Shown: in pieces, positions 22,599 to 35,400 of the stretch
Position numbering within the stretch: the stretch's first letter is position 1
Layout: each line of letters begins with the position of its first letter
DNA from: Hydrolagus affinis
Lineage: Eukaryota
Direction: 5' to 3'
Length of the DNA: 64,000 nt
NCBI GenBank assembly: GCA_012026655.1
Contig: JAAILG010000196.1
Coordinates: forward strand, 1 to 64,000
The notes under the pieces: model-generated
Databases searched by the model: none
Told to the model about the DNA's origin: nothing
The model's input: the letters and a program-made list of their open reading frames with translations, nothing else
Made by a program: the position numbers and the translations under genes

Positions 22599-25059
22599 CT
22601 GAAAACATAATGCAATATTATTACAGCATGTGCCATATTATTTTTTGTTGCAATTTTCTAACAACAACAAATTGTATTTTTATAGCGCCATTCACATTGT
22701 TGGGATGATATCTCAAGGCACTGGACAATTAAGGGTTTACATTCGAGCAGAGAGTTGGAATCAAAGTGTGTGTAGAACAAGGGGGGTGGGGCGTAGGAGG
22801 ATGACCTAAAAATAAAAGTACGAGTTTGAAGTAACAACTCCCTACTAAACAACTTTCACACTTTATAATAAATGAAAATTAAATGGAAAAGATATTAACC
22901 ATATTTTACTAACTATTGGTTAGATTTATATTCATTATATTTCACTCTGACCTTTCAGAACTACAGGGCATGGAGGGAATAATTCATGGTCATGTTTCAT
23001 TGGGAATTAGAGAAAACAAACATCTGAATCCTAAAGGATATCTCTCAAACAAAGAAGAAAGATCTCTAACCTTTTTATGCTTTGAATAAGGGCATCCTAC
23101 ACACAATGCTGGTTTACAATAACTCAAGGGACTAAACAAACGGAAAGAAGATCACAAAGACCATTTTGCTTTAAGAGCTTGTAACATCGTGACTTTGGGG
23201 CTGCCTGTTTCCTTGCCCCTCAAATGGAGATCCTCTCCATGAATGAGTCCAAGTGGCTAAATGGGTTTCGCAAGACACAAGGATACAAACAGGATACGCT
23301 TCCCTGATGGGCGTTTCCTACACTGATCAATAATTTATTCTAATGCCTATTGCTAGGCTAGGAGGATGGGCGGATGATCTGCACTTTTGTGTTTGCTTGG
23401 AGAACAATTTATCCTCTGGTTTTCTCTCCCTCTTAGGAGTTAAGTGTCTTGGCTCCCCATGACAACATGGTTCAATTATTCCAACATACAGCAGAATCCA
23501 CTATTTATAACAAAGGTGGATTTCACACAGACAGGTCTCATTTGGAATTACTACACTGAAAAACAGCAGCATAATCACCAATTAAAGAACAACATGGGTT
23601 AATGCAGATTATATATGGAGGCTACAAAATGAAAACCAACAGTGGGTTTGGTAATCCAGTGTTTCGCTTCACTGTGCATTCTTTGTAAGTATTAGTCAAA
23701 TGACATTCCTAGACTGTAAATCCCGGTGAACTGGAGCCACTCCAGTATGAATTTCTCTTTTGTAACTTGCTTCAGTGGAGCCGAGACGAGTTTGATAAAT
23801 TCAATGCAAGGAATTAGCACAGTTTGAAAAATTGGCATGCTGCTACTATGGCATACATGCTTGCTAGCTGAAAGGGACCTGTAACAATTCTAGTGTGTTT
23901 TAACACTGGAGTACAGCTTTGCCCAAGCATATCAGAGGTTTAGTCAACCTGATATTTTGAGTTATGCTGCAGATGACAACTTGTTTGTTTACAGCCAGAA
24001 ATTCTCTTCATAGGCAGTCCTCTATAATTAACCTGATTAATCTTAAATTCCGAGGCACAGATTGTAATTCAGCCATGTTAATTTGTGGACAATGAATTCC
24101 TCCGAGTGTAGATATTGAATCTGCACTGTTGAATATGAGTCAGAATGAGCCTGTGGAGCTGACAAAGGCCAGGCAGGGGTTGGGCCTGGGAAAGTCTAAT
24201 GAGCTCCTTCCGTCTCTTGCAGACGGCCACACAGCTGTGCCTGTCGAATGCTCGGCACAGTGTGCCAAGTACCCTAGAGTGAAACAAAACAGAGCTGAAT
24301 TGCAGTGCCTGTGTTTCAGTGCATATTGGTTGCCACTAGTTTTGTGAAGACTACGGCAGCCTATAAGCTCCCTAAATTGCAGTATTGGTGCATGTATTAG
24401 ATTAATGGTACATTAATCTACAACTCTGACACAATGTTATAAAACTTTTAAGATCTAAAAGTTGTACTTTTTAACACGACGAAAGAACGAGTTTGAAGTG
24501 AGCCAAAACATCTCCATAATTGAGACATTAGGTAAACGTTTAAAAATATAATAGAGTCTATGTCAGAAGGAGTCACTCACCCAAGGTCAAGTGCTCTCTG
24601 CTGAACACGTTGATTGCTCTTCTCAGTACCGCTCAACATGAGTTCTCAGAGTTGAAAGTTGAATAATTATCATCTATTGGTCTTATGGGACTACACTGGG
24701 CTATTATCATCAAGCTTTTGCCAAAGCACAAGCTTGTAAGTTAAGTGCATTTGGGCAATACAAAGATATTAATTGTTTATCTCTTTAGTCTACATTTTGA
24801 TCCTAGATCCCTCATTTTAATTCACCAACCTGGTTTTCAACTATGCTGCCATAGAGTCCAAACAAGTGCCAAACAGAACTGAGCTCAATAGCTTCATTAT
24901 CATCTGCCAAAAGTTGAGGAAGATAAGTCAAAAGTGCTTCTCAGCTCTGCTTGCTCCATCAAAAATCTCCTAAAAAGCATCATACACCATCACGGTTTTC
25001 CATCAACCAAACTAAATCTGGTTCTTGTTTTCAACAGTTTAAACTAAATGTTTTCTTAC

Positions 25060-25309
25060 ATGTCTCAAAAAGCAGTGGCTGACACGGAGTGGATGGTTAA
25101 CACAGCTCTCCAGCTCTTTCAGGAAGTACTGGCTGTGGAAGTTGTACAGTTTCTCCAGGTTTCCAAAGATAACACTGCGCTTCCCTCGCAGATCCTGAGG
25201 AAGGTCGAAGCGTTCCATCTCTGGGAAGTAGTTGTCAATGATGTACCTGAGAGATTTCACATATTCACGTTCTGTTGTAACCATCTCATCGATAATGTGC
25301 CTCAGTTTG
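25060..25309 (-). CDS. PLEKHG4: PLEKHG4 exon, DH domain start
   Basis: ttgcag|KLRHIIDEMVTTEREYVKSLRYIIDNYFPEMERFDLPQDLRGKRSVIFGNLEKL..FLRH|gtaaga. Confidence 0.95.
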
Positions 25310-27423
25310 CTGCAATGAGAAACATATTTCAGTGTTTTAAAGTATATTTCTCAAAATGTAGGCGTAAAAGGTTTTAAAAAATTATACCACTAATAGCATA
25401 CAGAAATATACAAACAAACAAGTCGTTGTTTTTTTACCACTGAATTCTTGAGAACATTCTGATCATGTGAAAGAGATAATATTTGAATGGCTTCCATATG
25501 GTTGGAAATTTGCAGTTTTACTTGGCAACACTGTAATATTGTGTTATTTTACTACAATGTACAGTACTTCAACAAAACACACTTTCAATTCATTTAGGTA
25601 ATTTAATAGATATTTTAGAGCAATATTAAACCTTCCTTGGTCGTGATATGTTCTTTTACATGTCCTAATTTTTGGATGATTTGTATATGTGGTAAGGCTG
25701 TTGAATATTTGGGGATTTTAGACTCCTACAACTGTATCAATTGTCACCAGGGATTTAAAGCACTTCCAAAAAGCTAATTAATAGTCCCCCAGAGTCCTTG
25801 AACATCTGCTTAATTTGCTGAACTGTGTATGATACTGTTTGATATACAGTATCTCTAAATAAATTGCGTCTCTCATTTCATACATTTATTTAATACGAAT
25901 TCCTTCTCACCACTCAGCCTATGTTTTCATAAGAAAAACATATGAGAACCAATAGCATCCTTTTTGTTACCGAAACAATAAAGTGCCCTTCAGTATCCGA
26001 GGCTGACAGTTGTATGAAACAACTGTTTAGATTGTGGAGGAAACTTAACAGAAATGGGTGCAACAGTCAAATGTTTGTGGTACAAAATTTTCCCTGATTA
26101 CTGGACAAGGATCCTATGGGCCAGCAGTACAAAGTAGACAACTAATTGCTTACCCTACCTGCACCCAGTAATGGCAACACTGCCAGAGGCAGTGATATGA
26201 AACACCATTTGTCTTGTTGTCTCAAGGTGTTGTGGAGTGAAAAGGTACCTCTCGAAAAGGTACTTTGTGCTTTTGAAAACAACCGTGCCACTTCATTTAT
26301 GCCATTGATCTGCAATCACTCTATCATTATAATGTACTTTAGAAACCAGAATGCTGTAAGATAATATGGTGCATATGCTGAAAAAATACGAATATAATTG
26401 CCAAAGTCCATGACATCGAACATAACAACAATTCCCAGGCCAGCACAACCGGATATTTTGCAAGCAACCAGAAAATACAGCTGCCTGCATTTCTGACTGC
26501 AGTGGATACACATCAACAAAGCAAAATAATTCATATCTGTAACTTCAGCAGTAGTGATACAACTTTAATACAGTCAGTGTCCTGTCTGAGTTGACTTTGG
26601 CCTGCTACTCTGCCTTTCTTGTCGCACAGCTTTCTTTAAGCACCACAATAAGAGTAATTATTTCAGTCACTTAAGCCTGGGAAGAAGATGACATCACGTT
26701 GCTGCCATTTACTGGCGCCAGACTTAAAACATGGTAGTGAATAAGCACCCAAAGATTTTCTGAGAACAATTCAATTAGGTTTTATTTTCCCAAATCATAT
26801 GCCTCAAATCATGCTCAAAGCCCTCCCACAGATTCTGTGCTCAGCCTCTTCATTATTCACTACTTTGGTTTGTTGTTACAATGAATCTGACAGGGAGGCA
26901 TTGACTGGGCTTCTAAACATTCACTTACCACTGGGAAGTTAGCCAGTGAGCCAGTTTTATACCAAGGGAAAAAATATATCAAACGAAAGTGAGTACAAAA
27001 AAGTTGGGGAATTTGTATCATGTGTTCTTTGCCTGTTCCTTTTATGAAACACATACTGTTATTCTATTATTTGGATACAAAATATATACATCTTTTATAT
27101 ATCACTTTTTTTGTATTGCATTAAGTTATTGGATCTGAAGGTTAATTAAAAGCCATAAGATGCTCATACAATAATCAATAAAAATGCAGGCACTCTATTC
27201 ATGCATTGTTTTTGCACACAATAAAATATCTAGTTTCTGACTTGATTTTTTCTCTTTCATTAATTTCCTACATAAATTTGTGCAATATTGACCCTCCTTT
27301 GAAGAGTCAGAATTATTTAAATGAACAATTCTTCTCAGATAGAATGATGCAGAGAATACTTAAAAATGGCAAACTATAAAGGAATTTTCATCTCAACAGG
27401 CAAAACCCTGAGAGTAATGGTAG

Positions 27424-27765
27424 TGGAGCTCCTGTGGCTCAGTGGTTAGAGCACTTTCTTGCAAGCTGGGGAGACCAAGCTAGGGAAACCTGTGTTCAAA
27501 TTCAGGCAGGTCAGGGCGAAACCTTGGGCAAGTTTCCTTACTCCACACGCCTAATAATAATCCGTCCAAAAAAAGCACAATAATAAAATTGGTCATTCAC
27601 TCCATGACTGTTGGTGGGACACTGCTGTGCGCAATTGTCTGCCGCGATTCGCCCACAAATATACAGTCAATTCACTTTACAGTATATTCTGTGAAGCGTT
27701 TTGGGACGTCGATAAGATGTGAAAAGCGCTATATCAAATGCAAGGATTATTATTATTATTATTAT
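27424..27765 (+). mobile_element. SINE, full length (head-duplication subfamily)
   Basis: ggagctcctgtggctcagtggttagagcac..gttcaaattc..core..gtgaaaagcgctatatcaaatgcaagga(tta)n. Confidence 0.92.
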
Positions 27766-28111
27766 AGTGAAGTAATTTTTGATACAATGGAGTTAACATC
27801 AAATGTCTCAATATGCATCAACATGCACTGAAAGCTGCTGTCCGATGTAGTGACTGTATTCCAGCACCTTGGCACGTCCTTCTGACGCGAAAGACGCTAA
27901 ACAAATGTAATGTTGTTGTTCTTGGCTAATCTGGCAGCCAATATGCACAGTGAGTTCCCACAGAGACATGAAGTGAAAGACAAATCTACCTTGAAGATTA
28001 TTGGACAGGACACATTCAAAAATTAAAAAAATAAAATCTTGAAATAACCAACTAGAAGACATAATAAACTACACAGCTGAAAATGACACTCTGAATCAAA
28101 TTAATACCCAC

Positions 28112-29109
28112 CTGCCCTTTGCTTTGGTCTCTGATGAGGGAGTATAACTTCTGTGACCATCTGTCTGGTTTCCAGTCCAACTAAACAACGCTTGCTGCCT
28201 GGACATACAAGTTCTTTCGTTAAGTTCAGTACTGCTCACTTCTAGTCCCTTAATGAACACGCCAGTGTTTCCACGCCTTGCAGGTTCACTGAAAGTTCTT
28301 TGACATGATGTGTACTTAAAAGTGTCATTGGGGGAAAGATCAAAGCTCTGAGCCTTCCTTAATACCCTTTTTAAATATTGATTCCGGGAATCCAGTGCAG
28401 AGAAACACCGAGATTGTATCTGAAGAGGGTTAACTGCACCATTGTAGTTGGGTTCTTCGTTGGATATATTGTGCATCAGTCCGTGAGCATCTGGGGTTGA
28501 TGTGTGAATAGAAGCACCAGCTCGCCCTGCTATCATCTGATCAGAGCCCTGAAAACTGGGGGTAGAGCTTCTGCTATTCATAGTTTCAGGTACAAAATCA
28601 TCCTCATTGTTCACGATTCCATAACAACCTGGAGCCTGTGGTGAGTGTTTGTCTTTCTGCCACGCACCACAATGTGACAACCTGCTGCTGAGAGAATACA
28701 TACTGCTGTTTAAGCTAGCATTACTCCTTTCACACTGTAACCTTTGTTCAGTACCATCTGAATGTCTCCTATGGACATTCTCGCTCTTTGTGTTATCTAA
28801 ATCAGAGAGCCTACGGTCTGATGGTAGAGACTTTCTTGTCCTTAGTGCAGTCTCTAACTTCTTCTCAAAGATGAGCTTAGTCTCTTGACATTTGGACCAA
28901 GCAAACTTCCACTGCTTCATCCCCTTCTCACTCTTTAAATCACATGCCAATTCCTTCATTTCCTGAAACTTCGCCTCTGGAATCTCTGGATGTTGATGAT
29001 GATGATTTTCCAGATATCTCACAACTGGCCCACAGCGCTCCGAAGAATTGCAGTCTTCCATGCTGATACAAGCAAGGTGTCTCATCCCTTCGAGGGCCCA
29101 CTCATAAGC
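28112..29109 (-). CDS. PLEKHG4: PLEKHG4 large 998-nt exon
   Basis: ttacag|AYEWALEGMRHLACISMEDC..QWKFAWSKCQETK..SEPARRGNTGVFIKGLEVSSTE..KAKG-S|gtgggt; phase 0 to 2. Confidence 0.92.
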
Positions 29110-29174
29110 CTGTAATAAAGACAAGTCAGATTAGCAACCAAATAGTTAGAGAAATTACTGACACTACAAAACAT

Positions 29175-29452
29175 ATTCGCCTTACAACCGAGAGACCTGC
29201 GTTCAATTCCAGGCAAAGTGAAACCTTGGGCAAGTTTTCTTACTCCTCACTCCTAATAATAATCCCTCAAAAACCCCCAATAATAAATTGTTAATTTCAA
29301 TCCATGATTGTGGGACACTGCTGTGCGCAATTGGCTGCTGCAATTCGCCCACATATATACAGCAATTCACTTCACAGTATATTCTGTGAAGTGCTTTGAG
29401 ATGTCTTGAAGATGTGAAAAGCGCTATATCAAATGCAAGGATTATTATTATA
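29175..29452 (+). mobile_element. SINE, 5'-truncated
   Basis: tcgccttacaaccgagagacctgcgttcaattcc..core..tail; lies about 65 nt from the acceptor of the 998-nt exon. Confidence 0.88.
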
Positions 29453-32400
29453 TTTCAGTACAAGCATACTTTATTTGAAAGCATGGAACAGTACTTACTA
29501 TAAGCAAAACAAGTTACTCACTACATACAGTTAGTGATAAACAAGAGTAAATATTTTCTACTACTGGCAACATAGACTTTCTATTTTTAAAACCAATTGT
29601 TTATTTGACAACTATCGTGGTTTATTGTCTAAACGTTTGTTGTGTAATTGTATTAGAGATCAAAGAACAAGAAATCGTATCAGTTGTATTCAGGTGCTTT
29701 CTGCAAAGGTTACAACCTAACATTTAAGACATGTTGAAGCAAGGATGTTTTCTTTACAGCTGTTAATAGTCATTTTTGCTGTTAATAGTCATTCTCGCTC
29801 TTTGTGTTATCTAAATCAGAGAACCTACAGTCTGATGGTAGAGACTTTCTTGTCTTTAGTGCAGTCTCTAACTTCTTCTCAAAGATGAGCTTAGTCATTT
29901 CCACTCGTTTCAAGTACAGTGCTTTGCATATCCTGTAATGATCCAGCCTGCTTGTAAGGTAATGAGAAAATCTTTTGGATTTACCCAACATTCTACCAAC
30001 AGCAAACAGGTTTGTTTTTTCAGGCCAAGGTGACAATGCTTTCTTTTTCTCCAGCAAACAATTCTCAGGACCTCTGTTCCCTGGGACTCAAACATGACCT
30101 CTCCTCTAAAGGGCATGTGTGAAACAACTGTTACATACCAACTATTTGACGCGAGCTGCACTGAGTTACTGAAGTAACTCAATAGGCTATAAGTGAAATG
30201 CTATTCACCATGGTAAGATTGAACAGTATAATAGTTCAGGATAACTATGCTTAACAAAAGGGCTTTCTATCAAATACAATATAACAGTGATGGCAGAGAT
30301 GTGGCAATGAATCTGCACATATTAATATTTAAATATAGACTATACCTTATTACAAATAACACTGGATACATTTCTCGCCATGCTAAAGGAATATCACTCT
30401 TACAGAGTTACATAGTATCATGAGGCACAAAATTCCACAATTTATTCCACACAAACCTCCATCCCTCCTTTACTTCTCACCTAAACCCTTCTAATCGCGA
30501 TTTTCAATTCCTTTATGAAGCAAGCTCTATTATTCTGCACCTACTTTATTTTCATAAATAAATCCAATTTGAAATCTTGCTTCCAGCTCTTACTGGGCAC
30601 TTGGGAAGCAAATAGAATTAAAACAAATATTTTCAGGAGCTGAAAAGTGCCCTGCCACTTTTGTCGAATGCCCAGACTCAATAGTTGGTATGGTCACATC
30701 CAAAGATCCTTAGTAGCTGCCAAGTGAAAACATATCCAAACTGGTAACGGAGTGCACTCCTCATGACAACAGTGTTGAAATGAAGAGCTTTGCACATCTG
30801 GGATTGCAGCCATAAACCCATGTCCCAGCAATTAGTCGTATAGCCACCACTTGTTGGGCCTTCCAAGAATGCACTGATTCACACTATCTGAAATATGTTA
30901 TTTACAGCAGAATAGAATCCCGATTGGTAGCTAGTGCTAATGACATCCGCTCCACTGTTTATGCTCATTTTGCTGATTATTACGGTTCCTTTTGTACTTT
31001 CTAAAGTTATAGAAGAGTTTATATTAACTCATTGTACAACTTCTACTCCAACATATTCTTTCCTAGACATCTCACAATTGTGGAACTCATTAACTTTACC
31101 TTTGTTCTTTAAAATCTTGACTAATTGCTTTGTTTCAATTATTTCATGTTTTTCTTCTAGTCTTTTGAACCTCTGGGCATTAGCCTTCCCTTAGGATTAT
31201 TATATCAATACTGTTCACGTTTTTTGTTTTAAATCTTCACAGAATATTCCTAAACTTAAATAGGTAAAGATTGTGACTTAAAAGCTTTTTTTTAAAAAAA
31301 AAATTCAAACAGCTCTGAATAATTATAGCACCAACGCTAACACCCAAGCAACTAAATCCCACTGTATATTCCTCCACAACCCAATCATAAATTTCCTTAT
31401 TTGTTGTATGCCATCCTCACTCTTGGAATGTCATATATATCCCACTATACATATGCAAGATTGGTGGAATCACAATTCTCAAGAATGCTACATTCACAAC
31501 AAAATAATTTTTTTTGCAGAAAGTGGCAAAGCCCAAGCCATTAACATGTATCCTCTGACTTTTTAAAATGATCATTTGAAAAAAAATTAAGAGCAAGATT
31601 AAGACTATAGACTTCAATAAAGATGGAATGACTATAAAAGATAAATACGTCACAAAAGCCTTTTGCAGAAGTGCAGTTTACGTAATGTGTTGCGCATGAA
31701 TGAACGAATGAAAAGAATAACTGAATAACATTAAAATACTGAATACACTATGACCTATAATTTAACTACTGTTAGGCCAAGAAAACATTAAATTAGTGAA
31801 AATGTTGATTTCGCTCTCAGGTAGGACTAAAACCCAAATTTTGATGGTTGGCTGTGAAATCAAAATGAAAGACAACATGGAATTGGATCTCTACAGCTAT
31901 CACAGAAAACATTGTTTCGGCTTGGTGAAAATGTTGTTTTTTTAAAAGTTTGTTGCTGGTTGAAACAAACACACCTATCAGAATCACCACCCGAATCACT
32001 GAAAATTAACATGAAGTTGGTCAGCCTTTGATAATCATTATTACCATTTCACAACACAAGCAAATTAAACTAAACAAGTATCTTTTCTTCCAGAGCAAAT
32101 TCATACATGCTAAAAGTTTGTATATTCATTGGACAAAAGGAAATCTATGATGTTAATTCTGTGTATAAAATTACGATGTGAAGACTGGAAAAAGCAAATC
32201 AATGTTTTAATCAAACAAGATGCTAAGGTAAGTAAATTGTAGCATAGCATATTAGCTTATAGCCCCCAAATAATAATATTGAAGTAAAGGGATTTACAAC
32301 TATATAAAGCACATTTTGAAACATGCTTTGAGCTGATTTTGAATTTGGAAGTACAGTATTTAAAAACAGCATATATTTTCATTCATGGATACTAACTTTA

Positions 32401-35400
32401 AATACAAGAAACATTGAAATATATCATGCTACCACCAGCAACTCAAGTTGTAGGCAATGAAGACAATCATTACAATTAAAATGAGCTTTGGGAAAAAAAG
32501 ACTAGATTTTTCAAAGCTGTGACAGATGCACGCCTTCCCCTCTAGGCATATGTTGCAGTTTTCTTTCATGAGCTGTAAAGAAATTGATTATACCCTAATA
32601 ATCATATTAGAAATTCAAAGGAAATGAACGCCTGTGACTTCAGCAGATGTCCACAGGCAAATCCAATTCCGCTGTAAAAGACAGAATTGAAAATGAACAC
32701 ATTTTCAAAGTTAAGAAACTGAATGTAATCAAAAAGTTGCCCAAATTAGAACACTGTCACCACTTAAGGCTGATCGGATCGTTTATCATATTCTTACTAG
32801 TACGTTCTACTAATCAAATAATTAAACAGATGTATTTAGCTTTATTTTTGTTGACTAAATGATTGATTCTTCACATATAAACTTGCCTTTGTCTCATTTT
32901 TGGTTAAAAACATGTTTTGCTAATCCATTCTGCTCAATTATCACTTATGTCAGATCATCGTTAAGGGTGTTCACATTCGTTCAACGACTGGGTCTAACAC
33001 AAATAAATACATTTCCCATGCAACTTCAAAGCTTTCAGGAAAGTCAATATAATTCACAACCTACAAAATGATTCAGACTGATAGATCTTAAATGTGCTCA
33101 TCAATTTTTGAAAAGGGGAATGAATGCAAAGTTTACACTGCCATACATCTCTCAATATTCTATCTATACATTCAGAAGTTACAAGCCTCTCACAGTTCTC
33201 TAAAATGCAAGTCAATACTTTCAAAAGCAAAATGTTTCAATAAATACATGTAGTATTTTTTGCATTGTGACCTGCCGTCTACAGGTTTAGTTATATCAGC
33301 TGCTGTATCATTTGCCAATACAGATTGATTCCTTATTCCTCACAAAATCGGATTTATAATATTACTATTTAATTTTATAGTCTTATCATTATTTTTATCA
33401 CCCATAAATCTTTAAATCGTTCCTACTACAATAAAGTTCAACATCAAATCATATTTCATAACAGTTTATCGCATGTGGTTCTATTCACTTGTACAATGAA
33501 TCATTATTTGAGCAATGATATTATAATTAATAAAGCTTGATTACTTACAAGGGTCAAAGGTACACTAGCACAGTGTGAAAGGATCTAACTTTTACAAATG
33601 ATCCACAAATTACTAACACAACAGGAAACATTGCACCGCCATCTTCATTATATTCGATGAATTGCTGAGTACATTTAAAATCAATTAGCACAAAACAGTT
33701 TGTAGGTACTGAATTTCATTAACGTCCATGAAAGATATCTAATACAGTTTGGAGAATACATTAATGAAACTCATATTCACATAACATCAAGGGGTAAGCT
33801 TGTTTAATTCATCTATTATCCAGTGCCTTGGGACGTCCTCTCTGAAAAGCGCTATCCAAATGTAATTTTTTTATTGTTATAATGCAATTTTCTATTTTTC
33901 TAAATTCAGTCATTAATACTGGCACCTTAGTCAAAAAGACATCCACATGAGATGACCAATTAATTTTCTGTTCATAAAATATTTAAATACCAAGTTTCTT
34001 GGATATCAATGCAAGCCAATGAACCCAATAGAAAACGGAAACAAATACAATTAAGAATTGTAAGGTAATTGTAAGAAAAGTAATCTCTAAATTTTTTTAA
34101 TTCTAAACTTTAAGAGAAATGTTAGTTACAACATACATATTCAATTAATTTTCAGTTCCTGAAGGTTTAAATTAATATTGTACCAAAATGATCTAGAAAA
34201 ATCAAGTTTGCAATTTACAAATTAGAGGATGCTGGAGGTATATAGCATGTGAGTACATTGACAGGCTGTGCCTCTGAATAGTACAACCTTAATTCCCCTT
34301 TAAATTGTCTACGCAGCAAGTTCCTGATATGTGATGCTGATTCATATGCATGTGAAAGAACCCCAATCACTTTTTCACAGCTTCAAGAACCTAATCAACA
34401 GCATAAGCAGAAACCTGAGAAGTAATCGCTGCCTCAGGGGTTTAGAAATCTAACAACGTGGAAAAAAAAACTTACAAAAATGGGAAAATATCCTGAGGTG
34501 TGATCATTTAATAGTACAGTATGTGAATCACTGACTCTTTGTGAGCAACACTCCTTGGATTATTTTAATATAATCCATTTAATCTGTATCACAATGATAG
34601 CAAAACATAATAGGGATAAATGAGAAACCTCCCCCTCCTTCATACAATAAATCAAGGAATACTTAAGTTCTATGTATCATCATTTTTTTGTGTAGGCTTA
34701 AAATAATGATGAATTAATTGTTCAACTACACAGACAATCTATATGAAATAGTGGACAGAGGCACATTAGACTGTTTTGAAAAGCCTAGTGACCCAACAGT
34801 GCTCTACATCCATGGTTCATATGTCCAATATGATTCGTAACACTTTAATAATGGATTTAGGTATGACAAAGAAAATAAAGGAGACTTTTTTTCCTCTATA
34901 ACTGTCTTGATCCTAGGCATACTTATCAAAATAAAAATGTCACTGAAATCTTTGAATTATTTTGTAACAAAGCTTTCAGCTCCTAGACTGTACACATACG
35001 TAACATTGTTAAATCGATCTAGTCTGACACTGAGCTGGGACACATCTATGGGGAGTGTAAATACTGGCACTTAACAGGATCAGGCACACACCTTGGGCTC
35101 AATCTGAGTATTTTATGGACGCATATGGTTTTGAGAATGACAATTCCACTTAGTTTGTCTTCACATATCACAACATTGCTGCAAAATGCAGTTTATTTCA
35201 GCTGAACACACAGAATAGTCACATAGACAATAGACAAATAGCCCTCAATGTCAGGAATTGCTCAACCTTATGAAACCATGAGAAGTGACAGATGTAGCAA
35301 CAGTTTCCAAAGTATACAGTGACTGAAACTGACAAAATGCTAAAATAAACCACACATAAACAACCGAGTTTTTGTTTTTGAAACAACAACAATTGTCCAT

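Noticed and set aside
27424-27510. tRNA gene
   Set aside because: A and B boxes belong to the SINE head; there is no complete cloverleaf and it continues into the SINE body.
27421-27769. tagtg target-site duplication around the SINE
   Set aside because: The gtg part also starts the 62637-63001 copy, so it is probably element sequence; too short to trust.
29782-30057. Duplicated functional PLEKHG4 exon
   Set aside because: Only 107 nt are copied, the frame stops immediately after, and the nearest acceptor is out of phase with the upstream exon.
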